DNA of 64,000 nucleotides from the NCBI RefSeq assembly GCF_040938485.1, contig NW_027270892.1, positions 1,116,001 to 1,180,000 on the forward strand, written 5' to 3'. The notes below the pieces were generated by a model, which was given only the letters and a program-made list of their open reading frames with translations, searched no databases and had not been told where the DNA came from. Shown here piece after piece: positions 62,901 to 64,000 of this stretch. How positions within the stretch are numbered: position 1 is the first letter of the stretch; every line of letters begins with the position of its first letter. The position numbers and the translations under genes are program-made. The stretch comes from Diadema antillarum (Eukaryota).

Positions 62901-64000
62901 CAGCAGCAGCAACAACAACAACAAATGTTAGAAACCTGAAGTTAGGTCTCAACCATAACTATACGATCCCTTTGATATTCATTTTCATGTTACACATAGG
63001 TGAAGATTGTAGACCTTGATACCAGAGAGATCGTCCCACTGGGTTCCAAGGGAGAAATATGCATCAGGGGCTACAACGTGATGAAGGGATACTGGGGACA
63101 GAAGGAGAAAACTAGAGAGGTTATTGACCCCAACAATTGGTATTTAACAGGGTAAGTACAAGATGTCAATCGGTCACTTATAAGAAAACTGTATTACTGT
63201 GACTCGCCGACGGTCGGTCACGCATTGGGTGTTGTGTATTACCTCCAATATTTTTGAGAAATGTAGAATGAATTGTCAGATGATAAAGCTCTAAAAGGGC
63301 TATCACGTGTACCCTTCAAAGACAAATTGTAGCTTCGAAAAGGTACCATGTGTGTCATAAAGTTACTAGTAGAATCTTCTTTTCGAGGAAAAACAGTTAA
63401 CAAGATGGTCTTTTTGTTAAAGGAGTTTTAATGTATAATTATTGCGTCTAGATATGAATGCTCTTGAGACGATAATGAGCTCATATAAAACTCGACGATT
63501 GTATTTTTGAACAGTTTAACATAGACTGTCCAATGAAGTTTCTGCAGAATACTTGTCAGTAAATGGGTATGTGGCATCCAGCTTTTGTACGTAAATGAAC
63601 CTGTAAATGTTGTCATTCAAAAGTACAGGGGCGGATCCAGGAATTCGGTAATGGATTTTTTTCTTTCTTAAAGAAACAAATTGAAAGGGGGCACTCCCGC
63701 GGTGCCCCCCCCCCCCGAACCGCCATATAGACTGAGTGTGATGATACCGTGATATCATGAATAATAAACGGAAACACACGCCATAAAAAAAACTCCTTCA
63801 TAATTTATAGACATATAAGGATTGTATTTTTGAACAAATTTTTGAAAATAATCAATGTTTACCTCGGGGAGTGACCAGGAAATATAGAGTAAAAGAGGTT
63901 TATCTTTACCACCAGGGACATCGGTACACTGGACAAAGATGGCTACTGTCAAATTGTAGGTCGTAGCAAGGAAATGATCAACCGGGGCGGTGTGAAAGTC
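36953..64000 (+). CDS. ACSF2: ACSF2-like medium-chain acyl-CoA ligase (mitochondrial), 11 exons in the window, continues past the end; frameshift in exon 5 (possible pseudogene or null allele)
   Basis: Exons reproduce ACSF2 motifs in order: [45 protein letters not shown]|[60 protein letters not shown]. Every junction is GT-AG and phase-compatible except exon 5. Confidence 0.92.
37715..38150 (-). mobile_element. Probable LINE (CR1/L2) 3' end with (ATTGA/ACTGA)n tail
   Basis: On the minus strand, AATAAATGTA is followed by a pentamer tail, the pattern seen at other CR1/L2 ends in this window. Confidence 0.4.
38155..40290. repeat. Tandem array of 11 ~167-bp units inside a MITE-like element
   Basis: ATTACTGGCAGCAA anchors at 38417, 38583, 38757, 38921, 39092, 39247, 39427, 39580, 39747, 39910, 40083; outer ends CAGGGGCGTCACCAG and (reverse) CAGTGGCGGATCCAG. 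Confidence 0.9.
40930..41230. repeat. Short tandem of three ~100-bp units (AATTATGGGGGG...GCAAA...GCTTGCC)
   Basis: Motif recurs near 40950, 41050 and 41165. Confidence 0.65.
41416..41650. mobile_element. Small MITE of the CAG(G/T)GGCG..CCAG terminus family
   Basis: Right end CCCCTGGTGACGCCCATG is the reverse complement of a terminus similar to that at 38155. Confidence 0.5.
42314..43912. mobile_element. PIF/Harbinger-like deletion derivative (TAA target duplication) with a MADF/Myb-like remnant
   Basis: TAA|AGGCCGTATCTC ... GAGATACCCCT|TAA; subterminal GAGACGTCTC palindrome arrays; internal minus-strand ...[27 protein letters not shown] (43157-43360) resembles a MADF domain. Confidence 0.7.
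44550..44736 (+). CDS. ACSF2: ACSF2-like exon 2
   Basis: [16 protein letters not shown]...[11 protein letters not shown]|gtaatc. Confidence 0.88.
45197..47042 (-). mobile_element. 5'-truncated CR1/L2-clade LINE (RT domain, 3' UTR and (ATTGAA)n tail)
   Basis: [13 protein letters not shown]...[13 protein letters not shown]...FADDT...KFL*LYID...[10 protein letters not shown]; ORFs 46531-47076 and 45934-46416 are in the same frame, split by one TGA. Confidence 0.92.
47830..47910. repeat. (TCTA)n microsatellite
   Basis: Directly visible. Confidence 0.85.
50395..50856. mobile_element. Kolobok-like MITE (TTAA-flanked) inserted in the CR1/L2 relic
   Basis: TTAA|AGGAGACCTTCA ... TGGAATGCCCCT|TTAA; removing it rejoins the host reading KVSDLLN..PADR..GPDNI. 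Confidence 0.7.
51202..54486 (-). mobile_element. Full-length RTE-clade non-LTR retrotransposon (APE endonuclease + RT, single ORF)
   Basis: ORF 54347-51216 (first ATG 54203): [33 protein letters not shown] (APE); [26 protein letters not shown] (RT). Short CAGT/AAGT-type tail; imperfect TSD AAATTTT(T)CTAAC at 51190-51201 and 54489-54501. Confidence 0.96.
55316..55498 (+). CDS. ACSF2: ACSF2-like exon 3
   Basis: [25 protein letters not shown]...[19 protein letters not shown]. Confidence 0.92.
56484..56608 (+). CDS. ACSF2: ACSF2-like exon 4
   Basis: [41 protein letters not shown]; donor gtaatc. Confidence 0.85.
57125..57293. mobile_element. MITE with CAGGGG(C)GATCCAG / CTGGATCCACCACTG termini
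   Basis: Inverted termini visible; related to 40290 and 63626. Confidence 0.6.
57747..57878 (+). CDS. ACSF2: ACSF2-like exon 5 (frameshifted)
   Basis: The 5' frame reads [17 protein letters not shown]; a different frame reads [30 protein letters not shown]|gt. Confidence 0.85.
57980..58141. mobile_element. 162-bp MITE with a 9-bp TSD carrying telomere-like (CCCTAA/TCCTAA)n repeats
   Basis: GTCTCTCCC duplicated at 57971-57979 and 58142-58150; TIR core GCAATTAC/GTAATTGC; internal accctaatcctaatcctgaacctaatcctaaccctaaacctaaccctaaccctaa. Confidence 0.75.
58440..59390 (-). mobile_element. Degenerate RLE-type non-LTR retrotransposon 3' relic (HERO-like, R2 group)
   Basis: Minus strand reads CLGLGKW...[52 protein letters not shown]...[18 protein letters not shown], matching the restriction-like endonuclease end of HERO-type ORFs; many stops and frameshifts. 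Confidence 0.7.
59583..59678 (+). CDS. ACSF2: ACSF2-like exon 6 (AMP-binding P-loop)
   Basis: [32 protein letters not shown]|gtgagt. Confidence 0.92.
60448..60596 (+). CDS. ACSF2: ACSF2-like exon 7
   Basis: [49 protein letters not shown](R). Confidence 0.85.
61261..61429 (+). CDS. ACSF2: ACSF2-like exon 8
   Basis: [15 protein letters not shown]...[10 protein letters not shown]...EEIV|gtgagt. Confidence 0.92.
61490..61625 (+). mobile_element. L2 3' end relic
   Basis: [17 protein letters not shown] matches the L2 motif GDRAFS.AAP.LWNSLP; followed by (TATG)n. Confidence 0.55.
61941..62045 (+). CDS. ACSF2: ACSF2-like exon 9
   Basis: [35 protein letters not shown]. Confidence 0.92.
63000..63151 (+). 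CDS. ACSF2: ACSF2-like exon 10
   Basis: [51 protein letters not shown]|gtaagt. Confidence 0.93.
63626..63735. mobile_element. Short MITE beginning CAGGGGCGGATCCAGGAATTC
   Basis: Same terminus family as 57125 and 40290; preceded by TA. Confidence 0.55.
63916..64000 (+). CDS. ACSF2: ACSF2-like exon 11 (cut by the window end)
   Basis: [28 protein letters not shown]. Confidence 0.9.

Noticed and set aside
1-64000. tRNA, rRNA or snRNA genes
   Set aside because: I found no cloverleaf with A/B boxes and no recognisable rRNA or snRNA sequence by eye; tRNAscan-SE and Infernal would be needed to exclude them formally.

Overview
AT-rich eukaryotic (animal) genomic DNA. The repeat families resemble those of sea urchins/echinoderms (inference). 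There are two assembly gaps (10149-10288, 25396-25543). I could reconstruct four spliced gene models by hand from splice sites and phase continuity. (1) An unidentified small protein gene on the minus strand with micro-exons (ATG 9232, at least 5 exons). (2) A SUMO-family gene on the plus strand (13193 to at least 19498); its terminal di-glycine exon is not visible and probably straddles the second gap. (3) A minus-strand spliced transcript (35849 to about 30625) with an intron-spanning uORF and two overlapping, coding-like frames. (4) An ACSF2-like acyl-CoA synthetase (36953 to beyond 64000, 11 exons seen) with a frameshift in exon 5 that looks like a microhomology-mediated deletion. Introns and intergenic DNA are full of transposons: a full-length RTE retrotransposon nested with a TTAA MITE in an older CR1/L2 copy, CR1/L2 and HERO-like relics, Kolobok-like, Harbinger-like, Helentron-like (HINE) and other MITEs, plus an 11-unit ~167-bp tandem array. 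I found no rRNA, tRNA or CRISPR.
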